Shown here: piece by piece, positions 10,180 to 19,673 of the stretch
Layout of the letters: each line of letters starts with the position of its first letter
How positions within the stretch are numbered: the first letter of the stretch is position 1
NCBI GenBank assembly: GCA_016926395.1
Contig: JAFGOT010000006.1
Location: 1-63,760 of the forward strand
From: Candidatus Woesearchaeota archaeon
GTDB taxonomy: Archaea; Nanobdellota; Nanobdellia; Woesearchaeales; SKGA01
DNA: 63,760 nt
Reading direction: 5' to 3'
Notes under the pieces: model-generated
What the model was told of the DNA's origin: nothing
Databases searched by the model: none
The model's input: the letters and a program-made list of their open reading frames with translations, nothing else
Position numbers and translations under genes: made by a program

Positions 10180-11409
10180 ATGAAGTTACATAAAACTTTC
10201 AAATTTGCTCTAAACATGGTGCTGCATAGTAAGCTTAGAAGTTGGCTTACTATTATTGGTATTGTGATTGGTATTGCTTCTGTAATTGCAATAATTTCAA
10301 TAGGTGATGGGATGGAAGCATCTGTTAATGAGCAAATAACTAACTCATTAGCTACTGATACTTTAACAATAACTCCGGGGTATAGCAGAGCATCTTCTTT
10401 TGGTCCTCCAGGCGGAGGCCATAGAGACTTTGGAGGTGGAGCGACTTCCTCAAATGATGATAATCCTTTAACTGATAAGGATATTCAAACACTTAAAGGA
10501 ATAAAAGAAATAAAAATAATTAGTCCAACTATATCGGGAAATGCAAAAGCATATTTTATGGGTAATGAAGGTAGTGTGACAATTATGGGGGTTGACCAAA
10601 AAGTTTGGAGTGAAATGGTAACTGATGATCTTGATTCTGGACGTTACTTGGACTCGGCCGATTCAAATGTGATAGTGATTGGTTATAGTTTAGCAAATGA
10701 TTATTTTGACAAAACAGTAGGATTAAATCAAGTAATACAAATAGAAGGTGTTTCCTATAGAGTTGTTGGAATACTAGAATCAGGAACACGAAACAATGTT
10801 TATATGCCTCTTAATGCGGCCTATGCTGTTTTATCAGATGACAAAACAAAAGGAGAATATGATTCTATTGCTGTTAAATTACAAGATGATGCACTATTAA
10901 ATGAAACAACAGATATAATTGAAGAGAAACTATCCTTATCAAGACATGCAATTGGTGATGAGAGAGATTTTTCTATTAGTGACCCAACACAATTTGCGTC
11001 AATGGCAAGTGATATGACTTCAACAATAACAACTTTCCTAGCCGCAATAGCAGCAATATCTTTACTTGTGGGTGCAGTTGGAATAGCAAATACAATGTTC
11101 ACATCAGTTTTAGAAAAAACAAAACAAATAGGAATAATGAAAGCCATTGGCGCTAAGAATAAAGATATATTGTTGATATTTGTTTTTAATGCTGTAATAA
11201 TTGGTTTAATAGGCGGGTTGATAGGATTAGCATTAGGAATATTTTTGTCTAAACTTGCAGGAATGGCATTAGGAATAAATTCAATAATAACTTTTTCAAC
11301 AGTATCTTTAGCTGTCCTTGTTTCGATGGCTTCTGGTTTGTTGGCAGGATTTATACCTGCAAGACAAGCATCTAAGTTAAAACCAGTAGACTCACTGAGA
11401 TTTGAATAA
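10180..11409 (+). CDS. ABC transporter permease, FtsX/MacB family
   Basis: 409 aa. N-terminal TM helix, large extracytoplasmic domain, and three C-terminal TM helices with FtsX-like motifs (GIANTM, IGIMKAIGA, PARQASKLKPVDSLR). Confidence 0.9.
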   Translation: MKLHKTFKFALNMVLHSKLRSWLTIIGIVIGIASVIAIISIGDGMEASVNEQITNSLATDTLTITPGYSRASSFGPPGGGHRDFGGGATSSNDDNPLTDKDIQTLKGIKEIKIISPTISGNAKAYFMGNEGSVTIMGVDQKVWSEMVTDDLDSGRYLDSADSNVIVIGYSLANDYFDKTVGLNQVIQIEGVSYRVVGILESGTRNNVYMPLNAAYAVLSDDKTKGEYDSIAVKLQDDALLNETTDIIEEKLSLSRHAIGDERDFSISDPTQFASMASDMTSTITTFLAAIAAISLLVGAVGIANTMFTSVLEKTKQIGIMKAIGAKNKDILLIFVFNAVIIGLIGGLIGLALGIFLSKLAGMALGINSIITFSTVSLAVLVSMASGLLAGFIPARQASKLKPVDSLRFE

Positions 11410-11442
11410 ATTTTATTTTTTTAATTTGTTCTTAGAAAATAA

Positions 11443-11707
11443 GTGGCGTGCAAAAGGGTGGACATAAACAAACACCTTCAGCTTAACCCAATGTTATTCT
11501 CCTCCCTGCGACCCTGCAAACACCGATACGCAAACGTATGGCTGCTCCCGTCAAGGCCTGACCAGGTTAGTATGAATAACGACCAAACAGGACAGGGGAT
11601 TAACAAACAACAAAGGACTGATGACACTCATCATGCCGCCCCTTTTGCTTCGACTCGTCCGAGATCCGTTTGACGTTACAGGTGAGGATCAACCACCCAG
11701 CCTAGCC
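11443..11707 (-). ncRNA. signal recognition particle RNA (archaeal 7S/SRP RNA)
   Basis: GC-rich island in AT-rich DNA. The minus strand reads GGCUAGGCUGGGUGGUUGAUCCUCACCUGUAAC..., an Alu-domain-like 5' end with a UGUAA motif. It contains the helix-8 signature ACCUGGUCAGGCCUUGACGGGAGCAGCCAUAC (compare the conserved AGGUC.G...GGAGCAG). GGGUGG near the 5' end can pair with CCACCC near the 3' end. A TATA box lies 27 nt upstream. Ends are approximate. Confidence 0.8.
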
Positions 11708-11730
11708 ATTAATCAGAAAAGAAGAAGTTC

Positions 11731-11738
11731 TTTATAAA
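11731..11738 (-). promoter_or_regulatory. TATA box for the SRP RNA
   Basis: Palindromic TTTATAAA inside the inverted repeat AAGAAGTtctttataaagACTTCTT, centred about 27 nt upstream of the proposed SRP RNA 5' end at 11707. Confidence 0.45.
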
Positions 11739-11762
11739 GACTTCTTTATTATTTAAAAAAGA

Positions 11763-12410
11763 TTAAATTTCTATGAATGTTATGCTTTCATCAGTTATTT
11801 CGTCAGGTTTCAAACCAAATTTGACTAGTTGTTCTTCAAGTTTAAAATATGAATCATGAACTTTTTTAGCTTCTTCTTCAGCTTCTTTATCGTCTGTGTG
11901 GTAGCGTTTTTTTAAATCGTCTAGTCTATCTGAAAGACTTGAAACTCCATGAGGCATGACTCTATAATCTGCATAAGCTAAAATTTTAGCATTCCAATCA
12001 TCGCCATCAATAACTTCTTGGATGTGCTGCCATGAAGCCAAGTTAATCAAATCAACAACTGGTTTTTCAATCTCTAGTTTTTTAAGAATGTTTTCTGTAG
12101 CTGTGTGTGACCATTCTCCATATTCTTTAATGTGTTCTTCTTTAATTCCATTCCAATAATCAACACCATGTTCATCAAAACGCAAGGATTCTTTAGCTAG
12201 TGGAGAATCAAAATTAATTTTTACGATGTTGCCCATATCATGAAGAAGTCCTGCAGCTACAATATTATTTACATTTGTTTCTTTAGTTACCATGCCAGAA
12301 ATTAATTTAGCAACTTTAGCAACACGAAGTTGATGTAGTTGAATAAATGGGAATATGTTAATTGTTTCATAAATTTTTGAATAGGTTAAAATTACATCTT
12401 GTGCATTCAT
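11763..12410 (-). CDS. HD-domain phosphohydrolase
   Basis: 215 aa. HD signature AAGLLHDMGN, with an upstream His (..QLHQLRVAK..) and downstream acidic residues. Confidence 0.7.
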   Translation of the reverse strand: MNAQDVILTYSKIYETINIFPFIQLHQLRVAKVAKLISGMVTKETNVNNIVAAGLLHDMGNIVKINFDSPLAKESLRFDEHGVDYWNGIKEEHIKEYGEWSHTATENILKKLEIEKPVVDLINLASWQHIQEVIDGDDWNAKILAYADYRVMPHGVSSLSDRLDDLKKRYHTDDKEAEEEAKKVHDSYFKLEEQLVKFGLKPDEITDESITFIEI

Positions 12411-12413
12411 TTT

Positions 12414-13070
12414 TTACATCTCCGAAATTAAATTAAATAATTGACTATGTTTTGGGACTATAGTTGCATATTTAGGAATATCTTCTTTTCGTTCTGAAGT
12501 AAGCAAACATAAACAGTCCATTTTTGCATTCTTTGCAGCTAGAACTCCATTTTTTGCGTCTTCGACAACAACGCAGTAAGGTTTTGGTATATTTAATTCT
12601 TTTCTTGCAAGTAAGAAAATATGAGGGTCTGGTTTTGTTTTTGTGACTTCATCTCCTCCAACAATGTGATCAAAATAATGTGTTATATTGTTATTTTTAA
12701 GAATTGTATTTACATATTTGTGAGAAGATGATGAAGCAACTGCAATTTTATAACCTGAATTCTTTAGTTTTTTAAGAGTTGATTTTACTCCTGGAAAAAC
12801 TTTTATTTCGTGAAGATGTTTTTTTTGATGTTTATCTCTAGTCTTTAAATTTTTGTTAAATAAATTATCAAATTCTCTATCTGGAATGTTGTTATATTTC
12901 ATGATTGTTTTATAAAAATCACGAGGGCTTGCACCGTTACACTTTTCTTCAAAAAACTGTTTTGTTAGATTAACTCCGTATTCTTCAAACACTGCTTTGT
13001 GGATTTTGAAATGGAATGGTATTGAATTAACCAATGTTCCATCAAGGTCAAAAATGACTGCTTTCTTCAT
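12414..13070 (-). CDS. HAD-superfamily hydrolase (beta-phosphoglucomutase-like subfamily)
   Basis: 218 aa. Motif I FDLDGTLVNS, motif II VASSS, motif III K(TKP), motif IV VVVEDAKNG. Confidence 0.8.
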   Translation of the reverse strand: MKKAVIFDLDGTLVNSIPFHFKIHKAVFEEYGVNLTKQFFEEKCNGASPRDFYKTIMKYNNIPDREFDNLFNKNLKTRDKHQKKHLHEIKVFPGVKSTLKKLKNSGYKIAVASSSSHKYVNTILKNNNITHYFDHIVGGDEVTKTKPDPHIFLLARKELNIPKPYCVVVEDAKNGVLAAKNAKMDCLCLLTSERKEDIPKYATIVPKHSQLFNLISEM

Positions 13071-13139
13071 TAACTTATTTTGAAATCTACCTAGTTATAA
13101 AGTTTATCTTTAGAGGTAAAAATAAAGAAAAAAATAAAC

Positions 13140-16040
13140 TTATTCAACTAGAATTGCTGGTTTTCCTGGTGAAGCATTACCTGATTTTGGATGATCAAAG
13201 TCTTTTGCAGTTGTTACAATGACTTTGCATTTAAACTCTTGTTCTATATCTTCTTTAAAAGAATTAACTAATTCTTCTTCTTTTTTATCTCCTAGAAGAA
13301 CAAAAGGTATTTTACTTCTATCCTTAAGACAAGCAGGTATTAATCTCATAACATCTTTACTATATTGTTTAAGATTAGTTGTCATAACTTTGGAAATTAT
13401 ATCTTTAGGATTTTGAGTTTCTTCTAAAATTTCTTTGAATAATTTAAAGAAATCATATTTCCAAGTTGGACTGATAATAATCTTAATTTCATTAGGGGAT
13501 TCTATTTTAGCCAGAACTAAAATGTCTTTGATATCTTTTTTTATTTCACCAATTAATTCAATACTAACTTCAATTTCTTTGTTAATTTTATCTTCTTTTA
13601 CTTTTGGCCAAGAAGTATTTGCAACTAACGTTTCTTTGTTTTCGAAAAACTTGTTTACTTTTTCGTTTAGCTCTTCAGCAATATGTGGGGTGAATAAGCC
13701 CATTGTTTGAATCCATTTTGGTAAATATTCTTGGACTAATGATTTGTTATTGCCTTCTCTTGCAAAGTACGTTGTAAATAATTTATTCATATTAAAATAA
13801 ATCTCATTACTTGTTGTCTTGAAATCATTAATTTCCATTGCATCTTTAGCTCTTTTCAGAGACGAGTTAAAAGAACTTTCAAACCACGCATCCATTTTTC
13901 CTTGACTTGAGCTTAATTCTTTAGATAATATTTCATCCACGAAAGAATTTAATTTTTCAATCTTGGCTTTATAATTTAATAATGACTCTTCTTCAAAATA
14001 AATGTCTGCAAAAGGACTTGCTGCATTTGCATAGTAAAGTCGCATACCATCAACAGAATATTTTTCACTAACTCCTGGAATTGGTTGTGCCCCTCCTTTT
14101 GATTTGGACAGTTTTTGATTAGGTGCTTGCATGACCCAGAAATTTACAAAGATGCCTTTTGGCCAAAACTTTTTTGGAAGAAGAGCAGTGTGGTTTAGTA
14201 AAAATGGTGGGAAGTGAACTGTTCGATGTTCTTTACCACCCAGATTAATATCTAAAGGATACCAATATGCAACGTCTTTTTGAACTTTATCTACAAGTTG
14301 AACATCTAGTTCTGTTTTGTTTGCTACTTCTTCTTTAGTTCCTCTTTCTAAGAAAACATAATCAAAGAATTCTTCTGTTAGTTGTTCTGGTTTAATAAGA
14401 CCTTCATTAACATATTTGGAAACCATGTAGTATATTGGATATAATGTGGAATCAGAAATCGCTTCAACAGTATAGTTTTTATCAAATGGGAGTTTTGTTC
14501 CAAGCCAATTACCTTCTCGTGCGCAAGCACGATCAGAGAACCAATCAACTGCAGAAGAAAAATTCTCTTTCATAGCGTCAGGATATAATTCCATTTCATC
14601 AAGATACTTTATTGATTTTTGAGTCCATTCTTCGTCTGAGTATTTAATAAACCATGCATTGTCTCGTCTCATTACACGAACGGGATTTCCACATCGACAA
14701 ACCACTTCTTCAGACAAATCAATAAATTTATCTGCATGACCTAGTTGTATAAGATGTTCCTTCATCTTGTCTTTTGCTTCTGTTACTTTCATACCTGCAA
14801 ATGGACCTGCGTTGTCATGCATAACTCCTGTGTGAAAACCAATCTTGTAAATTTCTTTTTTAGCTTCTTCAAGTTTCTCTTTATCTGCTTGGGATTTTAT
14901 TCCTAAACGATTGCAAATTTCAATAGCAGGGAAATCTCCGTATCCTTTAGATTTGATAATTGGTATTGGTTTGATATTTTTTATTGCTTCAAAATCTAAA
15001 TTATATTTTTTGCAAAGTTCTTCTGATACTTGTAAATCGTGAAGACCAATATAATCCGCAGGAGCATCACTTGGAACTGAAGTAACAATGCCTGTGCCTA
15101 TGTTTGGATCACAAAACTTACTTGGGAGAATAATAATTTCTCTATCAACACTAGGTGCATAACAATAATTACCTGTTAGTTCACTGCCTTTAATTTTACC
15201 AATAACTTTTACTTCATCGATTTGATATTTTATTTTATCAGCAAACTCTGAACTAGCAATCCAAATTTCTTCTTTACCGTTGTTAGGTTTTATTTTTATC
15301 TTGACATATTCTATGTCGTAATCAAGCCAGACATTTGTTTGGCCATACATTGTTTCTGGTCTAAGAGTTGCAACAACAATGTATTGAGAAATTCCTTGTT
15401 CTTTTCCATAATCTAATTTTATGAGTGTACAATCTGTTTGTTCTGCAGTTCCTCCTTTACTTAAATCCATCTCAGAAGGATCGACGGCCACGGGACCATC
15501 AACTACGCAACAATTTGCAAAATATGGTTTTTGAATAATTAATTCTTTTTCGTTAAGCTTTTTGAATTGCCATTCAATAAATTTATTGTAATCAGGAGTT
15601 GTTGTTAGCATAAATCTTTGCCAGTCACCAACAAATCCAAATGATTGGTAATCTTTAACATAATTTTTAGCAAAGAAATTAATAAATTCATCAACATCGC
15701 TCATTTTTTCAATTTGCTCATCTGTCACGCCACGACTTTTTAGTTCTTCAACCATCGCAGCGTCTTTTTTAGCAAGTTTGTTAGCTTTAGCAATTGCACC
15801 ATTGCCTGTAGCGTGACCACCTGCACAAAGAAGAACATTGTGTCCTGTCATTCTCTTAAATCTGGCAATTGCATCTGCATAAGAATAGCCTCTCATGTGG
15901 CCTGTATGTTGGAATCCAGAAACTGTAGCGTATGCCCAAATGAGAAAAAATTTTGGTTTGTTTTCATTCCTTTCTGGAACGCCAATTTTAGCATCTTCCC
16001 ATTTCTTTTGCCATTTACTTTCTATTTCTTTAAATTCCAT
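13140..16040 (-). CDS. leuS: leucyl-tRNA synthetase, archaeal type
   Basis: 966 aa. Class I signatures H-x-G-H (QHTGHMRGY) and KMSKS (KLSKSKG). N-terminus MEFKEIESKWQKKWE and overall length are typical of archaeal LeuRS. Confidence 0.9.
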   Translation of the reverse strand: MEFKEIESKWQKKWEDAKIGVPERNENKPKFFLIWAYATVSGFQHTGHMRGYSYADAIARFKRMTGHNVLLCAGGHATGNGAIAKANKLAKKDAAMVEELKSRGVTDEQIEKMSDVDEFINFFAKNYVKDYQSFGFVGDWQRFMLTTTPDYNKFIEWQFKKLNEKELIIQKPYFANCCVVDGPVAVDPSEMDLSKGGTAEQTDCTLIKLDYGKEQGISQYIVVATLRPETMYGQTNVWLDYDIEYVKIKIKPNNGKEEIWIASSEFADKIKYQIDEVKVIGKIKGSELTGNYCYAPSVDREIIILPSKFCDPNIGTGIVTSVPSDAPADYIGLHDLQVSEELCKKYNLDFEAIKNIKPIPIIKSKGYGDFPAIEICNRLGIKSQADKEKLEEAKKEIYKIGFHTGVMHDNAGPFAGMKVTEAKDKMKEHLIQLGHADKFIDLSEEVVCRCGNPVRVMRRDNAWFIKYSDEEWTQKSIKYLDEMELYPDAMKENFSSAVDWFSDRACAREGNWLGTKLPFDKNYTVEAISDSTLYPIYYMVSKYVNEGLIKPEQLTEEFFDYVFLERGTKEEVANKTELDVQLVDKVQKDVAYWYPLDINLGGKEHRTVHFPPFLLNHTALLPKKFWPKGIFVNFWVMQAPNQKLSKSKGGAQPIPGVSEKYSVDGMRLYYANAASPFADIYFEEESLLNYKAKIEKLNSFVDEILSKELSSSQGKMDAWFESSFNSSLKRAKDAMEINDFKTTSNEIYFNMNKLFTTYFAREGNNKSLVQEYLPKWIQTMGLFTPHIAEELNEKVNKFFENKETLVANTSWPKVKEDKINKEIEVSIELIGEIKKDIKDILVLAKIESPNEIKIIISPTWKYDFFKLFKEILEETQNPKDIISKVMTTNLKQYSKDVMRLIPACLKDRSKIPFVLLGDKKEEELVNSFKEDIEQEFKCKVIVTTAKDFDHPKSGNASPGKPAILVE

Positions 16041-16117
16041 ATTAAAACACCATTGTATTAGGTAGAACTAAGAGTTTGGGAGATTGTTTATAAAAGTTGT
16101 TTGTTTTTTAGAAGTGA

Positions 16118-16195
16118 TGGGGCGGCGCCTGGGATTTGAACCCAGACTAAGAGATCCACAGTCTCTTGTGCTAACCAGATTACACTAACGCCACC
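16118..16195 (-). tRNA. tRNA-His (anticodon GUG) with genome-encoded G-1 and 3' CCA
   Basis: The reverse complement folds as a cloverleaf. It has an 8-bp acceptor stem including G-1:C73, U8 A9, D stem GUGU/GCAC, anticodon stem AGAGA/UCUCU with loop CUGUGGA, T arm CUGGG-UUCAAAU-CCCAG, and terminal CCA. Confidence 0.9.
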
Positions 16196-16334
16196 ATGTG
16201 CAAACCCAAGAAAACCTCAGTTCATTTAAAAACGTTGCTTTAATTCAAATTCACAAATCAATCATTCAAAATATATCACTATAAAGTAATAACAAAACAA
16301 AATCTTTAAAAATAACTTTTAATTTACATACGAT

Positions 16335-16721
16335 ATGGATTTAGATCAGATGACTACAATAATGTATGATTCTCCTTATTTGAGTTATGATGCTGTGCGA
16401 AAGGGTCTTATTCAAAATAGAGAAAAATTGATTTCTGCTGGCTATAAATGTAATTGGAACTCCGATTTAGATATGAATAGAGTTGCTTTTCAAGATTTAA
16501 CGCCATATGGCTTTGTAAATACTGATCAAACGGTAAAAACCGCTTTTTCTAAAAATGGATTTTCTTTTCCAATTGAAATTTATAAGTCCACACATGGTGC
16601 TCAGATACATCACTCATTTTCCATACCCAAAAACCAAATTCCTGAATTAAGGCTTGTTCTAAATGAGCTTGAATCAATTTCAGGAATTTCTGTTGGTAAT
16701 ATTAGAGAAGTATTTGAATAA
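16335..16721 (+). CDS. hypothetical protein
   Basis: 128-aa ORF with no recognisable motifs. The only long ORF in this interval. Confidence 0.4.
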   Translation: MDLDQMTTIMYDSPYLSYDAVRKGLIQNREKLISAGYKCNWNSDLDMNRVAFQDLTPYGFVNTDQTVKTAFSKNGFSFPIEIYKSTHGAQIHHSFSIPKNQIPELRLVLNELESISGISVGNIREVFE

Positions 16722-16929
16722 ACCACACCTTTTATAAAAGGAAACAGGTTTCTCCTCAATACTTAATTACAATAATTAAGCATTAATCCCGAGTTAACGC
16801 GCTTAAGGGGTGGAAATTCTATTTCTACTCATGAAGACGTCAAATTTGGATTGTAATTTATTTTCGATGAAAACAATATGACCAACAAAAATTTCTGATT
16901 TTTGAGGTCATTTTTTCAAAGGTAAAAAA

Positions 16930-17394
16930 ATGACAGACGAAATAAAACATATCGTTCGAATTGCAAACACGGACGTTGCAGGACAAAAACCGCTCTACCT
17001 TAGCCTGCAAAAAATCAAGGGCGTAGGAGAAAACTTTTCTCGTGCAGTCTGTGTTCTAGCAAAAGTAGATTATATGACAATAACAGGAACTATATCTGAT
17101 AAGCAAGTTGAAGCTATAGAAAAAGTTCTTGCTGATCCTGAAAAAGCAGGAGTTCCAAAACATTTCTTAAACAGATTAAATGATTACGAAACTGGAGAAG
17201 ATAAACACTTATTTACTGCAGATTTAGATTTCGAGAAAGATCAAGATATCAAGAAATTAAGAAAAATCAAATCTTATCGTGGACTTAGACATCATTGGAG
17301 ATTACCTCTTCGTGGTCAAAGAACAGGATCCAACTTCCGTCCTAACAAAGGAAAAGGTGGTGCTGTTAAGAAAAAAACCACTGTTAGAAAATAA
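16930..17394 (+). CDS. rps13: 30S ribosomal protein S13 (uS13)
   Basis: 154 aa. IVRIANTDVAG.K.....L..IKGVG and C-terminal YRG.RH...LP.RGQRT motifs. First gene of the conserved archaeal cluster. Confidence 0.95.
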   Translation: MTDEIKHIVRIANTDVAGQKPLYLSLQKIKGVGENFSRAVCVLAKVDYMTITGTISDKQVEAIEKVLADPEKAGVPKHFLNRLNDYETGEDKHLFTADLDFEKDQDIKKLRKIKSYRGLRHHWRLPLRGQRTGSNFRPNKGKGGAVKKKTTVRK

Positions 17395-17409
17395 ATGGAG
17401 TGAAATAAA

Positions 17410-18087
17410 ATGGGAGATCCAAAAAGAATTAGAAAAAAATATGACACTCCATCTCACCCATGGATTAAGTCAAGAATAGAAAACGAAAAAAGATTAGCAA
17501 GAGAATTTGGAACTAAATCCAAAAAAGAAATTTGGAAAATGGAAACTGTTTTGAAGAATTTCAAAAATCAAGCTAAATCATTAATTTCATTAAATACTGA
17601 CCAGTCAAAAATTGAAACTGAACACTTGTTTAGACGAGTTAAACAATTAGGACTTGTAAATGGCGATGTTACTTTCGATTCAATTTTAGGATTAAGTGTT
17701 GATCACTTAATGGCAAGACGATTACAATCTGTTGTTTACACTAAAGGACTTGCAAAAAGTGTAGGTCAAGCAAGACAATTTATTGTACATGGTCATGTTC
17801 TTGTTGATGGTAAAAAAATCACTTCACCAGCATATCTAGTTTCTCAAAAAGAAGAATCTGGAGTAAGCTTTGCAGTTAGCTCATCTTTATTTAGCGAAAA
17901 TCATCCTGAAAGAGCAAGCTTAGAAAAGTTAGCAGAAATCAGAGCAGAAAAAGAAGCTGAAGCAAAAAGAATTGCGGAAGCTGAAGCAAAAAGATTAGCT
18001 CAAGAAGAAAAAGCAAAAGCTGAAGGCGAAGAAAACGTTGATCTTCCAGACGAAGATGTTCTAGAAGAAGAAGGTGACGAACAATGA
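17410..18087 (+). CDS. rps4: 30S ribosomal protein S4 (uS4) with acidic/coiled C-terminal extension
   Basis: 225 aa. N-terminus [18 protein letters not shown] and an S4 RNA-binding domain ([22 protein letters not shown]). An extra ~50 residues ([54 protein letters not shown]) lie beyond the usual end. Confidence 0.95.
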   Translation: MGDPKRIRKKYDTPSHPWIKSRIENEKRLAREFGTKSKKEIWKMETVLKNFKNQAKSLISLNTDQSKIETEHLFRRVKQLGLVNGDVTFDSILGLSVDHLMARRLQSVVYTKGLAKSVGQARQFIVHGHVLVDGKKITSPAYLVSQKEESGVSFAVSSSLFSENHPERASLEKLAEIRAEKEAEAKRIAEAEAKRLAQEEKAKAEGEENVDLPDEDVLEEEGDEQ

Positions 18088-18485
18088 AGACTGAAACGGG
18101 AGTTCGATGGGGCGTAGCAAATATTTACGCATCATATAACAACACAATCATCCATATTACAGATGTAACTGGTACTGAAACTTTAGCTTTAGCTAGTGGT
18201 GGACAAGTTGTTAAAAGTCACAGACTTGAATCAAGTCCAACAGCAGCAATGACTGCAGCTAAAAAAGCAGCAGAAGTAGCAAAAGAAAAAGGAATCACTG
18301 GTTTACACATCAAAGTAAGAGCACCTGGAGGCCACAATGGTCCAATGAATCCAGGTCCAGGAAGTCAAGCAGCTGTTAGAGCATTGTCTCGAATGGGTTT
18401 GCGAATTGGCTTCATTGAAGATGTAACTCCAATTCCACACGGCGGATGTCGTAAAAAAGGTGGAAGACGAGGACGAAGAGTTTAG
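18084..18485 (+). CDS. rps11: 30S ribosomal protein S11 (uS11)
   Basis: 133 aa. [19 protein letters not shown] and the C-terminal [21 protein letters not shown] motif. Overlaps the rps4 stop (ATGA). Confidence 0.95.
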   Translation: MKTETGVRWGVANIYASYNNTIIHITDVTGTETLALASGGQVVKSHRLESSPTAAMTAAKKAAEVAKEKGITGLHIKVRAPGGHNGPMNPGPGSQAAVRALSRMGLRIGFIEDVTPIPHGGCRKKGGRRGRRV

Positions 18486-18496
18486 AGGTTGGTAAA

Positions 18497-19276
18497 ATGA
18501 AAGTAACCGTTCATGAAAAGTCAGAAAAAAAGATTAACTTTACCTTACAGGGAGTTAGCAGTGCGTACTCAAACACACTGAGAAGACTCATGATTGGTGA
18601 AGTACCAACAATGGCAATTGAAGACGTTGTAATAAATAAGAATGATTCTGTTCTTTACGACGAAATCATCGCACACCGATTAGGTCTTATAGTTTTAAAA
18701 ACAGACCTAAAAAGTTACAACATGCAATCTGTATGTAAATGTAAAGGCGTGGGATGTGCTCAATGTCAACTAAAACTAACTCTAAGTGTTGAAGGTCCAA
18801 AAACAGTTTATGCTGAAGACATTAAATCTACTGATCCAAAAGTAGTTCCTGTTTACCCAAAAACAGTTGTTGTAAAACTTTTAGAAGGACAAAAACTAGA
18901 AATTGAAGCAACTGCAGTTTTAGGAATTGGTAAAGAACATTCAAAATGGAATCCAGGACTAGTTTGGTATTACAATGAACCTAAGTTTACAATAAATAAC
19001 AAACATAAAGACTTTGAAAAATTCAAAGATCAATATCCAACTCAAGTAATTAACGCAAAAGGTCAAATTGATGAAAAATTAATCAATACACCTCAATTAA
19101 TTGATGCTTGTACTGGAGTAAACGAAGAAATTGTAAAAGTAGAACACGATAAAGAATCTTTCGTATTTACTGTAGAATCATTTGGCGCTTTAAGTGCTGA
19201 GGAAATTGTAGAAACAGCGATGGAGGTATACGACGGCCAGATCAAAAGTTTTGAAGGTCTAGTTAAGTCAGTATAG
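18497..19276 (+). CDS. rpoD: DNA-directed RNA polymerase subunit D (Rpo3)
   Basis: 259 aa. Motif YSNTLRRLMIGEVPTMAIEDV, Cys cluster CKCKGVGCAQC, and position after S11, as in archaeal genomes. Confidence 0.9.
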   Translation: MKVTVHEKSEKKINFTLQGVSSAYSNTLRRLMIGEVPTMAIEDVVINKNDSVLYDEIIAHRLGLIVLKTDLKSYNMQSVCKCKGVGCAQCQLKLTLSVEGPKTVYAEDIKSTDPKVVPVYPKTVVVKLLEGQKLEIEATAVLGIGKEHSKWNPGLVWYYNEPKFTINNKHKDFEKFKDQYPTQVINAKGQIDEKLINTPQLIDACTGVNEEIVKVEHDKESFVFTVESFGALSAEEIVETAMEVYDGQIKSFEGLVKSV

Positions 19277-19312
19277 ATTTCAAATTCATACTACTAACCG
19301 TTGTGAAATAAA

Positions 19313-19669
19313 ATGAAGCGAATTAAAAACGATCAACTTACAAGCTTAATAGCTGCTCTGAAAAAGTTGTCCATTGAGAAAAAAGTAGCTCTATGGAAAC
19401 AAATTGCAGTTGAGCTTGAAAAACCAACTCGATCCCAAAGAGAAGTAAATTTATATAAAATTGAAGATGTAGCAAAAGATGGTGAAATAATTATTGTTCC
19501 AGGAAAAGTTCTTTCTAATGGAGTAGTACAAAAACCAATCAAAGTAGCAGCACTGAACTTCTCAAGTGGAGCACGAGATAAGATAATTTCAGCGAAAGGA
19601 GAAGTCCTTAGCATTCAGGAATTAATGAAACAAAATCCTGAAGGCAAGAAAGTACGAATAATGGGGTAG
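19313..19669 (+). CDS. rpl18e: 50S ribosomal protein L18e (eL18)
   Basis: 118 aa. Conserved position between rpoD and rpl13. ..LWK.IA.EL.KPTR....VNL.KI......G..I.VPGKVL..G pattern. Confidence 0.85.
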   Translation: MKRIKNDQLTSLIAALKKLSIEKKVALWKQIAVELEKPTRSQREVNLYKIEDVAKDGEIIIVPGKVLSNGVVQKPIKVAALNFSSGARDKIISAKGEVLSIQELMKQNPEGKKVRIMG

Positions 19670-19673
19670 AAAA

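Noticed and set aside
11443-11673. 76-aa plus-strand ORF from the track (MACKRVDINKHLQLNP...)
   Set aside because: It lies antisense to a GC-rich island that carries SRP RNA signature sequences on the minus strand. It has no RBS, and its Pro/Arg/Cys-rich composition is typical of translated structured RNA.
16860-16915. C/D-box sRNA-like elements upstream of rps13 (cGATGA ... CTGA, and the ATGACC/GGTCAT inverted repeat)
   Set aside because: The C box is imperfect (CGAUGA rather than UGAUGA). Only one C/D pair is present, about 33 nt apart. There are no C'/D' boxes and no identifiable guide.
17279-17479. 66-aa ORF bridging rps13 and rps4
   Set aside because: It is off-frame overlap of two ribosomal protein genes.
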